A stretch of DNA of 64,000 nt from assembly GCF_009914755.1 (NCBI RefSeq), contig NC_060926.1, one strand, 5' to 3'. Below the pieces are notes generated by a model, which did no database searches, was not told where the DNA came from, and worked only from the letters and a program-made list of their open reading frames with translations. Positions 1-54,345 of the stretch are shown one piece after another. Position numbers and translations under genes: made by a program. Each line of letters begins with the position of its first letter. The first letter of the stretch is position 1. This DNA comes from the human T2T-CHM13v2.0 reference genome, Homo sapiens.

Positions 1-243
<243 letters not shown>

Positions 244-532
244 CTAACACTTATGTCTTTTTTGGTCTAAAAATTAGTCCAGAGTGGTAGGTGTGCACTC
301 CTGGTGGACACTACTGGTGTCCAAGGAGTTGGATTGTATTTTTGAATATTAGAGTATACTTTCTTGTTTTGGACTTATTTCTACATTTTTTTTGCCTGCT
401 ACAGGCTAAAGTACATGGCTATCTAAATCCAATTTAAATGTGGGTTTTGCACAGTGATATTTATCTCATGATATTACAGTCAGGTTTCAGTACGCATAGG
501 ATATCATAAGGAAATTTAAATATTTGTTAACT

Positions 533-1480
<948 letters not shown>

Positions 1481-1545
1481 TTAACTCATTGATAAAGTTG
1501 GGTATTCTCATCTAGCAGAGGCTTTCCTAAAATCATCAAATAGGT

Positions 1546-1621
1546 TATATATGTGTATATGTGTATATATATATATGTGTATATGTGTATATATATGTGT
1601 GTATATGTGTGTGTATATATA

Positions 1622-1652
<31 letters not shown>
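1546..1652. repeat. (TA/TG)n microsatellite
   Basis: Alternating purine-pyrimidine run next to an Alu poly-T. Confidence 0.9.
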
Positions 1653-1653
<1 letters not shown>

Positions 1654-1686
<33 letters not shown>

Positions 1687-1957
1687 AGACAGCGTCTAGC
1701 TCTGTCACCCAGGCTGGAGTGCTGGCGTGATCTCGGTTCACTGCATCCTCTGCCTCCCAGGTTCAAGTGATTCTCATGCCTCAGCCTCCCAAGTAGCTGG
1801 GATTACGGGCACATACAACCATGCCTGGCTAATTTTTTGTAGAGATGGGTTTTGCCATGTTGCCCAGGCTGGTCTCAAACTCCTGAGCTCAGGCAATTCG
1901 CCTGCCTCGGCCTCCTGAAGTGCTAGGATTACAGGCGTGAGCTACTGTGCGTGGCCT
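1654..1957 (-). mobile_element. Alu
   Basis: poly-T plus reverse Alu. Confidence 0.9.
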
Positions 1958-2029
1958 GGTTTATATTTTCGACAGCGTATAGATAAAAGGCATTATTCTT
2001 TCTTAAATATAAAAATTTAATCTTTTTGA

Positions 2030-4290
<2,261 letters not shown>

Positions 4291-4300
4291 ATATAGTTGT

Positions 4301-4846
<546 letters not shown>

Positions 4847-5567
4847 TGTAACCTGGAAATTACTCCACATGTGTTCATAGAAATCATCCTCATCTTTTTT
4901 ATAGCTGGATAGTACTTCATTTACATAAATGTGATAGTTTATTACTATTACTAATATGATAGTTTATTACTATCATATTTATGATAGTAAATATGTATCA
5001 TATATGATACATTTATAATTATATTTATATAAACTATGTACTATGGAGCTGTAAAAAAGATTTTAGATAGGCCCATTTACACTAGCTTCAGAGGAGACTA
5101 AATGCTTATAAATAAAGCCACTTCTGTACTCTATAAAAGTATTGTGTACCCTATTCTTTTATAGATTTACCAGAGGTTCTTCGGGCTACCTTCCTTACTT
5201 CCTCCATTACCTTTATGGGCTTTGGGTGTGTTTTTTTGTCGCAGAGAATCAGCTTCTTTTCAGATACTTCCATTGTCAAAGCAGAAAGATTGTTTACTCA
5301 CCAGAAATATAGCTATTTACCCATGGTGGACTTTGCAAGAACTGTCTGTGCAGGTTGCTCTCTCCTCTCTGGAAACTCTAGTTGTAGTTGTAAGGAGAGA
5401 TCAACTCATGTCAAAGCCTGTAAAAAGAAGTGCTAGAAATAATTCTACTTTTGAAGTATAAGCAGATATTATGTATTCTATTCCGTGATTTCTCTCACAT
5501 CCCTGTTTTATGTTGAACCTTAATTTTTTTGTTTTAGAATTTTAAAAATACCAAAATTACCATGTTA

Positions 5568-5801
<234 letters not shown>

Positions 5802-6252
5802 TTAATATTTTGATTTATACACTTCTAACCTTTTACTCATCTACATTTATTTCTATGACTGAGTACACGAATGCGAATTTGTATCCCTCTCTTTTTTTTT
5901 TAAATTTATTTTTTTCTTTCCTAATCATTAGAACCTATGAATCTTTCTTTTTTAACACATATTTTAATTCTATGTAGTACTCTGTAGCTTTTTTTTCTTT
6001 TTAAACTGTAGGTGAAGTATTATATCTGAGTCTCTTGTCCTCTGTTAAAAATCAAACTTTTCTAAGACAAACAATAGACCATTACACTTATCAGTTTCAG
6101 GTACTTTATAGGGTCTTATATCTTACAGTTTTTTTGTGTACAAGAGTATAGATTTCAGAATTATATAACCTAAAGAGTTGGGTGTGAAACTTTTGGGATA
6201 TTTTGGTTGGGAGTTGTATTTATCTAATGTTTCTGGTTGTCTTGTCTTGTAG

Positions 6253-12546
<6,294 letters not shown>

Positions 12547-14300
12547 GCAGTCAGTGTAAAAGTGCTCCTAGGAAAGCAGATGTGATGCTGTTGTCACGGG
12601 GACCTGTGCTGGGAGGACTGAGTGAAGATTCTTTCAGCTGTTTGTGTAAGGCTGTGACTTTCTCAGCTCCTTCCTCCTGTGTAAATTTCACTGTCTTCCC
12701 TTCTTACATTTTGATTCCCCCCTCCCCTTTTAGTAGGTTTTCCTGCTATTCCTCGTCAAGTCCTCTTGTTTTTTTATCTTGCCCAAAGAGCTCCCTCTCA
12801 AGGCCAACTATAGGCTCCTCTTGCCCTGTACAAAACTAAGAAACCTCTTTGGTTGTCCTTTCCTTCCTGGGGTATAGAATGTTCTTGGAAGCTCCATTGA
12901 TTTAGTAGCTGCTCCATCATCTAGCTTGTGAAACCATTCCAAACTAATTTTTTAAAACCATAACTGATTTGTCATTTTGTATTTGTGATATAACAAGTCT
13001 AGAAGTTAGAACTGTTGTCATTCACATAATAAGATTACTCTGTCTCCTTGGGAAAAAAACTTTATGGAGGCTGTTTGTCCTCTCAATATGGTTTTAAGAT
13101 TGAAAGTAAGAAAACGGATTTAGGATGAAAACTCTAGAACTACCCTATGCTGTTTATACTGGGAAATGCTTTGTACCAAGTAGCAGTGACTAGACCCACA
13201 GACATGAAAAGCAACCTTAGGAGTAAAGTGACCCAAACATTAAAATGACAGGAAAGAGAAAGTAGAAGCAGCAATAAATACTGCCCCAACTTTCCTGGAG
13301 CCCGAGGCCTCATCCATAGCTATGATCACTTGCCCTCTGAAGCTTATTTTTGCTTCTTTGGTTTTAAGAATTGAGAAATATCACATTGCCCCTGATGTTT
13401 TGACAGTCTCCTAGTGCTCCTGGTAGTGCCACTAAGGGAAAACCAAGGTGCGCATTCCTTCTCCCTGGACTTTACCTTACTTGTTAGTCTACGCCCCACT
13501 GTTTCCACCCATCCCCTTAGCCAACCTCTGTCTTTTTGAATTTTCTGAGAATATTGTCCTATCCTCTTTTATATATGGAGTTCTCTCCTCTTTATATCCT
13601 GAGACTTTGACACCAGATGTAGATATTTATCTGGAGCTGGAAAGAAAAATTCTTTTTCTGTACCTCATGCCTATCTGGTAATGTTTAATGGGTTATTTCT
13701 CTTTGAGGGTGGCTTTCTCTGGAACATTGGTTAGAGCAGCTTTGTTGTCGTGTTTCTGGATTCTCTTCCCCATTTTGCGTAAATATTGGTCTTATATATT
13801 CTTGCCTATTTTGTGGCATATGCCACATAAAAAATGAACCTGATATAGACAAGTACTACCTTTTCAAATTCTGAAAGGCTATTACCACTTTAACTCTTTG
13901 TGCTCCTCCAAATAGCTTTAAAATGTGGGCTTTTGTGAAGACCACTTTCAAACAAGGGAGCACTGAAACCTGAATTGGATACTGCCAGAATAGGTAGTTT
14001 TGAAACAAGTTAAGGACATGGTATATGCACTCTGCATTTTCATTGGCAGTGTGCCCTTAAAGCCCTTTCAGTAGATGAGGGTTGTCAGGGAGGAGAAATG
14101 AAGAAGCTATGTTAATTTCTGGTGAGTAAGACCTGGGGAATGTTTGGCAATGACAAAAGAAATAAATGACTCTCAGAAAGATGTTTCCAGTGTTCTTTGA
14201 CGCCGACCTGCTGCATGACTCCTTGACACTGTATGGGGGTAAGAAGATGGCTAGAGATGGGGGTGAGTTTGAAATAAATTCCACATGCAGTTGTCTCAGT
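12547..14300 (+). other. ZNF512: ZNF512 3' UTR (end approximate)
   Basis: Repeat-free sequence after the stop; AATAAA at 13273, 14161 and 14273, the last followed by U/GU-rich sequence. Confidence 0.65.
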
Positions 14301-14809
14301 AATTCTTTGGTTCATGAATTATGCTGGTTAAAATGAGTAGTTTGAGATTAAAGTGAATTAGTATAGGAAACTTGCCCAGTTTCATCCAGGGACCTCTTGC
14401 AGGCATTCCTTTCGTTTTTCCTGACCAAGACCAGGGATCAGCAGGACTCAGTATAGACTATTCTAATCACAGTATTGAGTTTTAAAGTTTTTTTAAAAAA
14501 AATTCATTAGACTAACAAACTAAGTTTGACAGTATTATGAACTTTCATACATGGTTTGGAATGCAAATTGGTACAATCACTTCAAAAGTGATTTGGCAGT
14601 ATCTAGCAGAGTTGAAGATATGTACCCGAAGACTTAGCAGTTTCTCTCCTGGGTATACACAGAGTAACTCCTTTTGTCTAGGCGTACCAAGAGACACAAA
14701 AAAGAATGATTATTGCAGTACAGTTTACAGTAGAGAAATACTGAAAACAAGTATCAGAGATCTACTTTCACCTTTGCAAATTATGGGATTATAGAACAAA
14801 TGGCTAGAC

Positions 14810-15170
14810 TGTATATTTCCTAGTTATCCCCCTTCCCTCCACTCTCTCTAGTGAAGGAGAAGCCAGCTAACTCCTCTCCCATGGAATGTGAGTGGAGTGA
14901 TGAATGCCACTTGCAGGTTAGAACTTTTGAGTGGGTGTACCTCCAAGCTTTCTTTACCCTTCTTCTGGCTAAATGCAGATGATGATGGGGCCCTAGGAGA
15001 TGGAAGAACACAAAATGGAAGATATCTTGACCCCCTGAATCACCTGTTGAAGGAGAGCCACTTGCCAACCAGGAACATGTATCTGAGACTATTAAGTGAG
15101 CAAGAAATAAATGTCTGTTATTTGAGACATTATACATTCTTGGGTCTCTTTGTTAGCCTACTCTAATACA
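14810..15170 (+). mobile_element. MLT1-type LTR
   Basis: agaaataaatgtctgttatt...gttagcctactctaataca end motif. Confidence 0.55.
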
Positions 15171-15189
15171 CAATAATTATCCATTATCA

Positions 15190-15580
<391 letters not shown>

Positions 15581-16724
15581 ACAAAGAATATTCTGCACAT
15601 CTCCTTAAAAGAGAACATTTTAGAAATTTACTCTTGCTTCATCTCTCTCTTCTTATAGCAAATCCATTAGCAAGTCCTGCCTACCACCAACTACATTTTG
15701 AATCTGTTCACTCTACTTCTGCCATTCCAATCTAAGCCATCATTACCTCTTGCCTAGACTACAGTATCTTCGTAATTGGTTTCCTTCCACTTTTTTCTGG
15801 CTTGGATACACTCCACATAACAGTTGTAGTTTTTAAAATTAGGTAAATCAGACCTCATTCACCTGCTAAAGGCCCTCGGTGCCTAAACTCCTGCTAGCCT
15901 TAATAGCCTCATCTTCCTTTCCTCCACTCATGTTCTGTGACCATTCCTCAACTATACTTTACATACACACCTTTCTGTTCCTTGAACCTACCAAGCTTAT
16001 TGCCATCTTAAGGCATTTGCATTCACTGTTGCCTCTGCCTAGAATAGTTTCTTCCCCAGTTTTTGCATTGTAGGCTTCATTTTAGCAATCATAGGTCTTA
16101 AATTTCACCTCAGAGGTCTTTTCCATCTAAACTCACTTTCTGTAACATAACCCTGTGTAATTTTCTAAATAGCAAAGCAGACAAAATGCAGATTGAAATC
16201 TTAGTTGGCCAACTTGCTGCTTACTTAGAGGTATGGATTTCAAGGTATGAAATCAGTTATCATTCAACTTTTAATGTCTTCAAGCCCTCACTCTGGAAGG
16301 GACAGCCACAAGCAGTATACCATATCCATTACCTGGGATGATAAGTAAAAATGAACTGAGATCAGGTGGAAGTTACCCACTCTTGAATTAGATAATTGGG
16401 ACACCAGTGGCAGGAAGGGAATTAACAGAACTAATATGCTTCCTACTTTCCAACTTTTTATCAGCCTTAGAAATACATTGTCTTAGGGTTTTTACGTCCA
16501 CAGAGACTAAGCCTTCAAGTTTGTCTTGGATACCATGCTTTCCTTGTTCAGTGTTTCTGTATTTTCAGCTCACAAATTGAGATTTAGGTTAAAGTACCTG
16601 TATGCTAAAATCCTAATTTCTGCATTAAAACTAGTTTTTATTATTTGCACATGTGAATAAGACATTTAAGAGTGGTAACAGAAGAGTGATGAAGTAGAAA
16701 ATGTGTTACATTGGAACAGTAATA

Positions 16725-18047
16725 AAATCAGTGGATAAATGTTTTTATTTAATAACATTGTTTAATAAAAAACTACATATTTAACAGAAAAGTTGTTAAA
16801 GCTACAAGGTAAAGGCACATTGAAGGAGAATGCTTTTTAAATCCAATTTTCAGGGAATTCACTTTACATGTAAATAAAGCAGAAAATGCAGGAAAATTAT
16901 TTTGAAGTTTTTCATCACTTAACAATTTCTGGGAAACAAAGTTCATCCTATTTTCCCATAGAGGACCCCTGTTAAAATATAAGATTATATTCCCCTATAC
17001 TAGGATTCAGCATTCAAATAAATCACTAGTCCAACTTCAATGTCGTAGAACCCAAAAAAAATATAACTATCCTAAAAATATATAATTTAAAATATAATTT
17101 ATAGTTATACTAAATGGGAATAAACATATGGCACACATTAATTACAAAGGATACTTCATGTACTAGAAAGTGCACCTGTAAGAAAATTAATAAATGACCT
17201 AAAACTAAAGCATTTAGGATAACAAACATCATTTTACTTGCTATCTTTTAGAATGCTGCTAGGGAAATCGATGGCACTTAAAAAAAAAGTTGTCCAAATA
17301 TTTCAACTTTTTTTGGATACGTTTTCCTGAAATAAGTGGAGGCATTCAGTCACCTCAATGCTACAGGTGTTTCTTCAAATAAAACATTTTCAAAAGTAAG
17401 AGCTGACCTAATATATGTCTCCTTCATCTTTTCTTACCTTCTCAAACTTGTAGGGGCTTAGCATCAGATGAAAGGTCACTCTGCCTAGCACTTACTGGAC
17501 TTGCTGTTATCAGAATGCTTTTTCACTCATGAGAAAACTAGAAGGAGCTACCTGGTCACTGGCACAAACTCACAAAGAGCTTGTAAAAACTGCTTTTGTC
17601 TGCTAAGTTGGTCAAAAGGAATGAGGATAAACTGGCAGAACGCTATTCAAAGTCTATTTGGAATGCTATCCTTAAAGGTACTTTCTCTATAAAGAAATAC
17701 AATTTAGCTAGATGAAATAAATCACAACTGTTTTCACTTCCTTAGGTTGGTTTCCTTTAGCTAGTTTGATGTATGGTAAATGGCTAGGTTAGGGTCATGT
17801 GTTAGGTTAACTGGAGGTTTGTGGAATAGCTTATTAACGAGTATTTAAAGAAAAAGCTAGTTAAGGGAAGCTGGTTACCAAATATCTAGTAGGACTGTTG
17901 GATAAAACCATCTAATCCTTCACTCCAACACATCATGATGGAGATTTTACAATAGCAATCTGGAATCCAACAGCCTTTCTAACCAGGTTAATGTAGCACT
18001 TAAGAGTACTTGCTCCAGTTCTTATTTAATCAGTGTTATTTTAGAAG
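16725..18047 (-). other. CCDC121: CCDC121 3' UTR with poly(A) signal
   Basis: AT-rich unique sequence after the stop; minus-strand AATAAA (tttatt) at 16744-16749. Confidence 0.65.
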
Positions 18048-18884
18048 TTACTTTGGATTAATCCTTGATTTGGTGCCTTGGGGAAGACTGGGTGTGGTCT
18101 TTGGAACATCCTGTCTATTTAGGCACTGATTATGACTTCCTTGCAGTCTCTGCCTCGCCTGGATTAAGGACTCCAGATACCACTGTTCCTGCTGCAGCTG
18201 CTGCTTCCTGTTTTCTAAGTGGCTTTGAGTAGCCGTTAGTTTCTGGGCTTGCTCAATTAGCTGCAGTAATTCCTTCTTGAACTGCTGGTTCTCTCTGTTG
18301 ATGCCACAGGAGTATTCAAAAATAAACCGCTTTGCTGCCAACTTCAAGGCCTGGGCCTTCATATTAAGCTCTCTTCTTTTTCTCTTTCCCAGTAGCCTCC
18401 TGTCTGGCTCGCTCAGTTGTTTCTCCAGTAATCTTTTCTCCTGGAGGAGCTGGGCCTGTACTTCCCGTGTCTTTGAAGCTGTCTCAGCTTGGACTTTCTT
18501 TGTCTCCTCCTGTAATGTCTGTATTTCTTTCTCCTGCTTTTCCTTTAATATAGCAATGTCCCTCATTGCCTGCAACTTCCGCTTCAAACTGGATTGGATA
18601 TTTTCCTTTTGCAAGAGCGCTGTTTTAAGCACTGAAATTTGTTCTGCATATCTGGAGGCTGATTCTTGTCTTCTTCGTTCAATCTCTCCACTTTTTTGTA
18701 AATAGCTGTTCCATACCTTCTCAGGTTGCTCTGTGTACTCTTCAGTTTTGTTAGTCAGGTATTCCAGAAAGAATCTGTTTTCAGCCTGGACAAGTAACTT
18801 TTCTCGGTGTAGCTCCCTGGATTCCTCCAGTAGCTGTTTCCGCTGGGTTTGAGCTTGTTTTATATGCTTGTTCAGATCCGTCAT
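18048..18884 (-). CDS. CCDC121: Coiled-coil domain-containing protein 121 (278 aa from first ATG, MTDLNKHIKQ...)
   Basis: Q/E/K/L-rich coiled-coil ORF (the track starts it at GTG 18893; first ATG is 18884). The exon acceptor tctttcag| is at 19003/19002. Confidence 0.93.
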   Translation of the reverse strand: MTDLNKHIKQAQTQRKQLLEESRELHREKLLVQAENRFFLEYLTNKTEEYTEQPEKVWNSYLQKSGEIERRRQESASRYAEQISVLKTALLQKENIQSSLKRKLQAMRDIAILKEKQEKEIQTLQEETKKVQAETASKTREVQAQLLQEKRLLEKQLSEPDRRLLGKRKRRELNMKAQALKLAAKRFIFEYSCGINRENQQFKKELLQLIEQAQKLTATQSHLENRKQQLQQEQWYLESLIQARQRLQGSHNQCLNRQDVPKTTPSLPQGTKSRINPK

Positions 18885-19179
18885 TTCCGCCACTATCTTT
18901 TCTTTAAGCCTTGTCTCTACCTTTGTTAGCTTCTCTGGCTTGACAAAATTATTTATTAGACTATGATACGGTGGAAGGAGCCTTCTGGGGCCCTCAGCAA
19001 ACCTGAAAGAACAAACGAGACATTCCTCTGTCAGTTAATGAAACTTTAGGAAGTAAGTGCACAACTGTCCTTCATTCATACAAGAGAATATTTCTGAGCA
19101 CCAGAATGTTCCAGACATTATGCAAGGTGTGGGGAATCCAGCTAGTGGTAAAGGATGAGGAATGTAGCTCGTCATTTAC

Positions 19180-19330
19180 AACGTGCATTCACTACAACCC
19201 TGGGAGGTATTACCTCAGTTTTAAAAAAGGAGAAAACAGGTTCAGAGAGTTTAAGTGACTTGCCCATGACTCACACCACTAGCAAGTGGCAGAGCCTGGG
19301 TATTAAAGCCAGATCTTATGACTTACTGAA
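19180..19330. mobile_element. MIR
   Basis: gaaaacaggttcagagagtttaagtgacttgccca core. Confidence 0.7.
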
Positions 19331-19480
19331 CACTGTTTGCAGCTACAAAGGGTCACAGAAACAGACTGGGTGGTCAGGAGTAGAAATAATTTTCTAGGCT
19401 CTTTCATCATCTTTCCTGAGTTTCTGAGGGACCTTCAGTGACTGGAGGGGAGGAAGCTCCCCTCCAGTACCTACTTGCAC

Positions 19481-19848
19481 CTGGAATCCAAGCATTCATC
19501 CTGAAGGTCACGGCAACTGTGTAGTTCACTGAGGGTGACTGCCAAGGAATGAGCGCTAGCATCAGGAACCTGCGTCTGCAACTCGCGGGAACAATGTGCA
19601 AGTGTGGAAAGCTCCCGTAGTTTATTCGTTCGGTGCTCAAAGGGTCTCGGTGCTGCCCAGCAACCCTGGAGACTGCACCCTGCTCCAGTCCCGGCTGGTC
19701 CAGCCCTGAACTGTTTAACCGCCTCGGCTACCGAATAAGCCCGAGCAGCCGGTCCTCCAGTGGCTCCGCTCCCCGTTCTCTGTGGGCTCAAAATGACAGG
19801 CATGCTCCTCGTTTTCTTGCTGTGTGAGCCCTGCCCTCGGGACCCCAT
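19481..19848 (-). CDS. CCDC121: CCDC121 alternative first coding exon (long isoform MGSRGQGSH..., 440 aa when spliced)
   Basis: ATG 19848, open to ccag|gtgcaa donor at 19481 (phase 2). Joins the exon at 19002 in frame through 39 stop-free codons: 123+39+278 = 440 aa. Confidence 0.65.
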
Positions 19849-20143
19849 CTCTTCTGGCCTTCCTCCGGGAGACAAAAGCCCTCCCAGGCTGCAGAGATCA
19901 GCGCCCTTTTCCTAGCTCCCTTCAGCCTTCCTCTCGCTTGCTCAGCGCCCCCACTTCCTCGCCACTGTCACTAGTTGACTCATCAGCCCTGCCCGACGCT
20001 AAGAAGATGCCCTGGCAACCGCCGCGCCCCTCACCCGCTCCTTTCTGACGCTGTGGTGGTTTTCGTTCGCAGCCCAGAACATTGCGGAAGTTTCTCTACC
20101 CATGCGGTGTCTCTATGGTCGGGTGGGTGGGGCCAGGAGGAAG

Positions 20144-41289
<21,146 letters not shown>

Positions 41290-42309
41290 GAGACTTTAGC
41301 ACACTTCACTTGTTTCTAGAAGTCCAGAATTTTGGACCTCCACGTGAAAGAACTGTTCTTACCTCTGAACTGGGGGCTCCCATAAGGGATAATTTTCCTC
41401 AGAGTAGCAAAGTTTCTCTTATTAGAGAAATCTTGTGACTCAGATGAAGTCAGGGATAGAAGACCCTTGGACCTGGCAGGTTAATGCTGATTATTCCTTG
41501 GCCTTTCCCTTGTATTTATGCAAGGAAGGATATACTGAGCTGATACTCTTCCAAGCCTACAACTTCAAGTTTTATCATTTGAACTCAAGTACTTTTGCTG
41601 CTGAGGAATGGAATCAAAAGAACGTAGTCTCCTGGTAACCACCTCAGATCTCTATTATTAGGCTAGATGTATAGCCTCTACTCCCCCAGCTTCTTGCTCT
41701 TGACCCTGCACTGTAAGTTGCCCTTCTATTAGCAGCCAAGGAAAAGGGAAACATGAGCTTATCCAGAACGGTGGCAGAGTCTCCTTGGCAATCAACCAAC
41801 GTTGCTATGAAATATGCCTCACACTGTATAGCTCATTATAGGACGTCAGGTTTGTTGAAAAAAGTGGGCAAGACATGATTAATGAATCAGAATCCTGTTT
41901 CATTGGTGACTTGGATAAAGACTTTTTAATTTTAACTTTGTTCTAAGACTGCTTGTCATGATTTCAAATTAGAAAATTATATAATTGCAAACAGCTTCAC
42001 TTCTCCTGTTCAACAGAGGCTTAAGGCCAGATGTCCAAACTTGTCTCAATAAGGAGGTGATATTTTACTAAAGTTTCCCACGTGCACATACTGACTAAAT
42101 ACAGAGCTAGGCCCAGTTTGTATTGTACTCTGAACTTAATGCAAAGTCTCCTTGGTGATTTTCGCAAAGTCCGTGGATTTGGGTCAGAGGCACATTTCAT
42201 ACATAACAGCCCTTATAAACGTTTGCCCTGCCTCCACATTTTACAGTATCTTAAAACAGTACATTTCTTTCAAAGAATTTTATCTCTATGAGTCAGTACT
42301 CCAACTTAG

Positions 42310-42450
42310 TGGTTCTCACATTGTGGACCAGGAGCATCAGCATCATCTGGGGAATTGTTCAACTTACCTCTTATAACCTATGAACTCAGAAACCCTGGGG
42401 GTGGGCTGAGCAGTCTGTTTTAGAAAGCCCTCCATGTGATTCTGATGCAT
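42310..42450. mobile_element. MER5A-like fossil in the GPN1/SUPT7L 3' region
   Basis: agtggttctca...cagcatcatctggg...gtgattctgatgca. Confidence 0.65.
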
Positions 42451-42575
42451 AGTAGCCTATGACATAATTCCAGACCAGGTGAATCTCAAGATACTAATCC
42501 TCACATCATTTGCCTTCTCATATTTCCCTCGTCTTGACCATCTGGTGCCTGTTCTGCAGTTTAACATTCTGCAGC

Positions 42576-42592
42576 AATAAAAGTGTTTTATT
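42576..42592. terminator. Palindromic two-way poly(A) signal (GPN1 distal 3' end / SUPT7L 3' end)
   Basis: AATAAAA-GTG-TTTTATT gives AATAAA on + (42576-42581) and on - (42587-42592). Confidence 0.6.
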
Positions 42593-42953
42593 ATAAAGTA
42601 TTAATTTTAATGTTCTATACTTAGTGGGAACCACTGGTCTCAAAATTTGAAGCTATTCTTTAAGAGGAGAACATTCGCAAAACTCAAGCATACTTGGTTT
42701 TTCTCTGTAGTACTTTTGAATGCTTTATCTTCCTTACAGAATAACTTGTCTTCCTTATGCTTCAAGCTCCAAAAGGGTAAGGAATAAGTCTTAATCATTT
42801 TTGTATTCCTTGCACAGGACCTAGCAAATAATTGGTACTCAATGTTTGCTGGATGAATGAACTAAATTCCCATACGGCCACTTTATGGAAACTAACTGCC
42901 TAATCGCCACTTTCATTATAAACAAAGGAAAATGAAGATAAGACTGCAACAGA

Positions 42954-43262
<309 letters not shown>

Positions 43263-44573
43263 TTAAAAAAAGACTGTGACAGAAAGGGTTTAGAGAAATG
43301 TGCTAAAGAGTTACAATTGGCAAATTTAAAATTATATGTTAAACTATAACCTCATTTGTATCATATTCATTTATTCTCAATACCTGGGACATTTAAGGCA
43401 TTCAATAATGAATTAAAGCTGTGCCTTATTTTGGTCTGCATTAAAGGAGTGGTCTAAATTTTACAAGATATATTTTGCATCAGAAAATCAAACTTCAGCA
43501 GTTTAACATGCTGGCATCCATCACCAAGGCATGAAGCAACACATTTGCTAATGATTCCTAATCACTACAGTGCTACATCATTTACTTAATAAATACTGAT
43601 TCAGTACTTATATATACAGATAGTCTGATGGATGAGTAACCACAGTGATGTTGTTCAGGACATGATGTAAAGTTGAAAGGTGCATATTGCTATGTTTTAA
43701 AGGCTGCCTTTACAGTAGAAGCAGCAAAGTGTGCTTAATGGACTGCTGTCCTCTGATGACCAAGCAAATGCAACAAATGAAATATGCACAAGGCTGTCCT
43801 TGGACAGTACTTGTTTGCTTTGCTCACAAAGGAGAAAAGGAAAGAAACAATTGAAAATATGTATATGGTGAAAGTATGTGAGTCCGAGCAGAAATAACAA
43901 AGGCAAAAGGATGAGGAGAGATGGAGTAAGTCTAGAGAAGAAAATAAATGGATGAGATAGAGAGCTGTCTAAGCAAAAAAGGTGTCAGACCTCTGATCTT
44001 ATAAATAAGACACTTCAAAAGTAGCAAAAACAGTTTTAAGAAGGTGACTAATAGATAAGGTGTGTTGTGTTTAGCTATTTCCTGTTAGGTATTAGTAATG
44101 GGTTCCCAATGACCTGAGCCAAAAATGAATCAAGTTAAATGAAAACTGACATCTGATATGAGCATATATTATTAGTCTATTCAAGCACAGTTTTGAAGTT
44201 AGCAAACATCTAAATCCTCACATCTCTACAAGGTAGGTCAAAGTATGATTCTTCTCAGTTGTACAAGATAAATGGCTGTATAACATGTCTAGTCATAGTT
44301 AAGACAACAATTGGGGACAGTGCTTTGGTCTGATTGCCATGCCAGCATCATATTTTATCTGTGAAGGGTGGCTTGGTTGTGGAAAACTATAAAAACTGGA
44401 TGCAAAAGTAAAATGCAACCTTGTTTGGTGACGTCCAGTTCCTCTGGAATTAGGAAAAACCACTTGTGTTTAAGAACAGGAGTCAAATCAATTTTTAAGG
44501 AAACAGATTCTAATACAAAAACCTTTTCTGTTGGGTCTAGTAGGTCTGGACAAAACATCTCCCTCTTTTCCTT

Positions 44574-53267
<8,694 letters not shown>

Positions 53268-53281
<14 letters not shown>

Positions 53282-53370
53282 TGTCCATATGTCTCTTCAA
53301 GTTCAACAAACATTTATCAAATGCCAGGCATTCTGTGTCGGTCAAAGACTGATAATGTGAGATCCTTGCC
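53268..53370 (-). other. SUPT7L: SUPT7L exon 2 (mostly 5' UTR, start codon at 53281)
   Basis: cttcag| acceptor at 53371; ATG AAT CTG CAA AG|gtgagt. Confidence 0.8.
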
Positions 53371-53495
53371 CTGAAGTGAGGAAGAGAAACAGAAGCAGAA
53401 TATTTCAATATGAAACATGGTAAGTACTGTTCTAGAGGTATATGGACCTGGGGTACTGGAAGCACAAAGGAGGAGCTTCCTGGGTGAAATGACTA
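53295..53495 (-). mobile_element. L2 3'-end remnant overlapping SUPT7L exon 2
   Basis: ttcaacaaacatttat...tgccaggca...ccttgccct resembles the reverse L2 tail. Confidence 0.5.
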
Positions 53496-53760
53496 CCTTT
53501 GTTCTAACAACATTATACTACTCAGTTTCTTGAGAATGCTGTACATTTCCACAGTTGACACTTTCAGCTGTGAACTCTGCCAGAAATGCTCTGCCAACCT
53601 TGCACATCCCTGGCAGACTCATATTCATTTTTAAGTACAGCATAAGTCCCCACCGTCCGTCACTTCACCAGTGCATCTCCCTTTCTCTATTCTCACAGTG
53701 CTTTGCAAGTCTATGTCACAGCAGTTATCCTTGGATTTTAATTAGTACTTATCGCAATAG

Positions 53761-54345
<585 letters not shown>

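Noticed and set aside
1508-1770. YI/TH/VC-repeat ORFs
   Set aside because: Translations of the (TA/TG)n microsatellite and Alu tail.
12582-12839. 85-aa ORF in the ZNF512 3' UTR
   Set aside because: Ser/Pro/Phe low-complexity product of a pyrimidine-rich UTR; no coding evidence.
18277-18705. 142-aa + strand ORF
   Set aside because: Antisense shadow of the CCDC121 coiled-coil CDS with a non-ATG start and no independent support.
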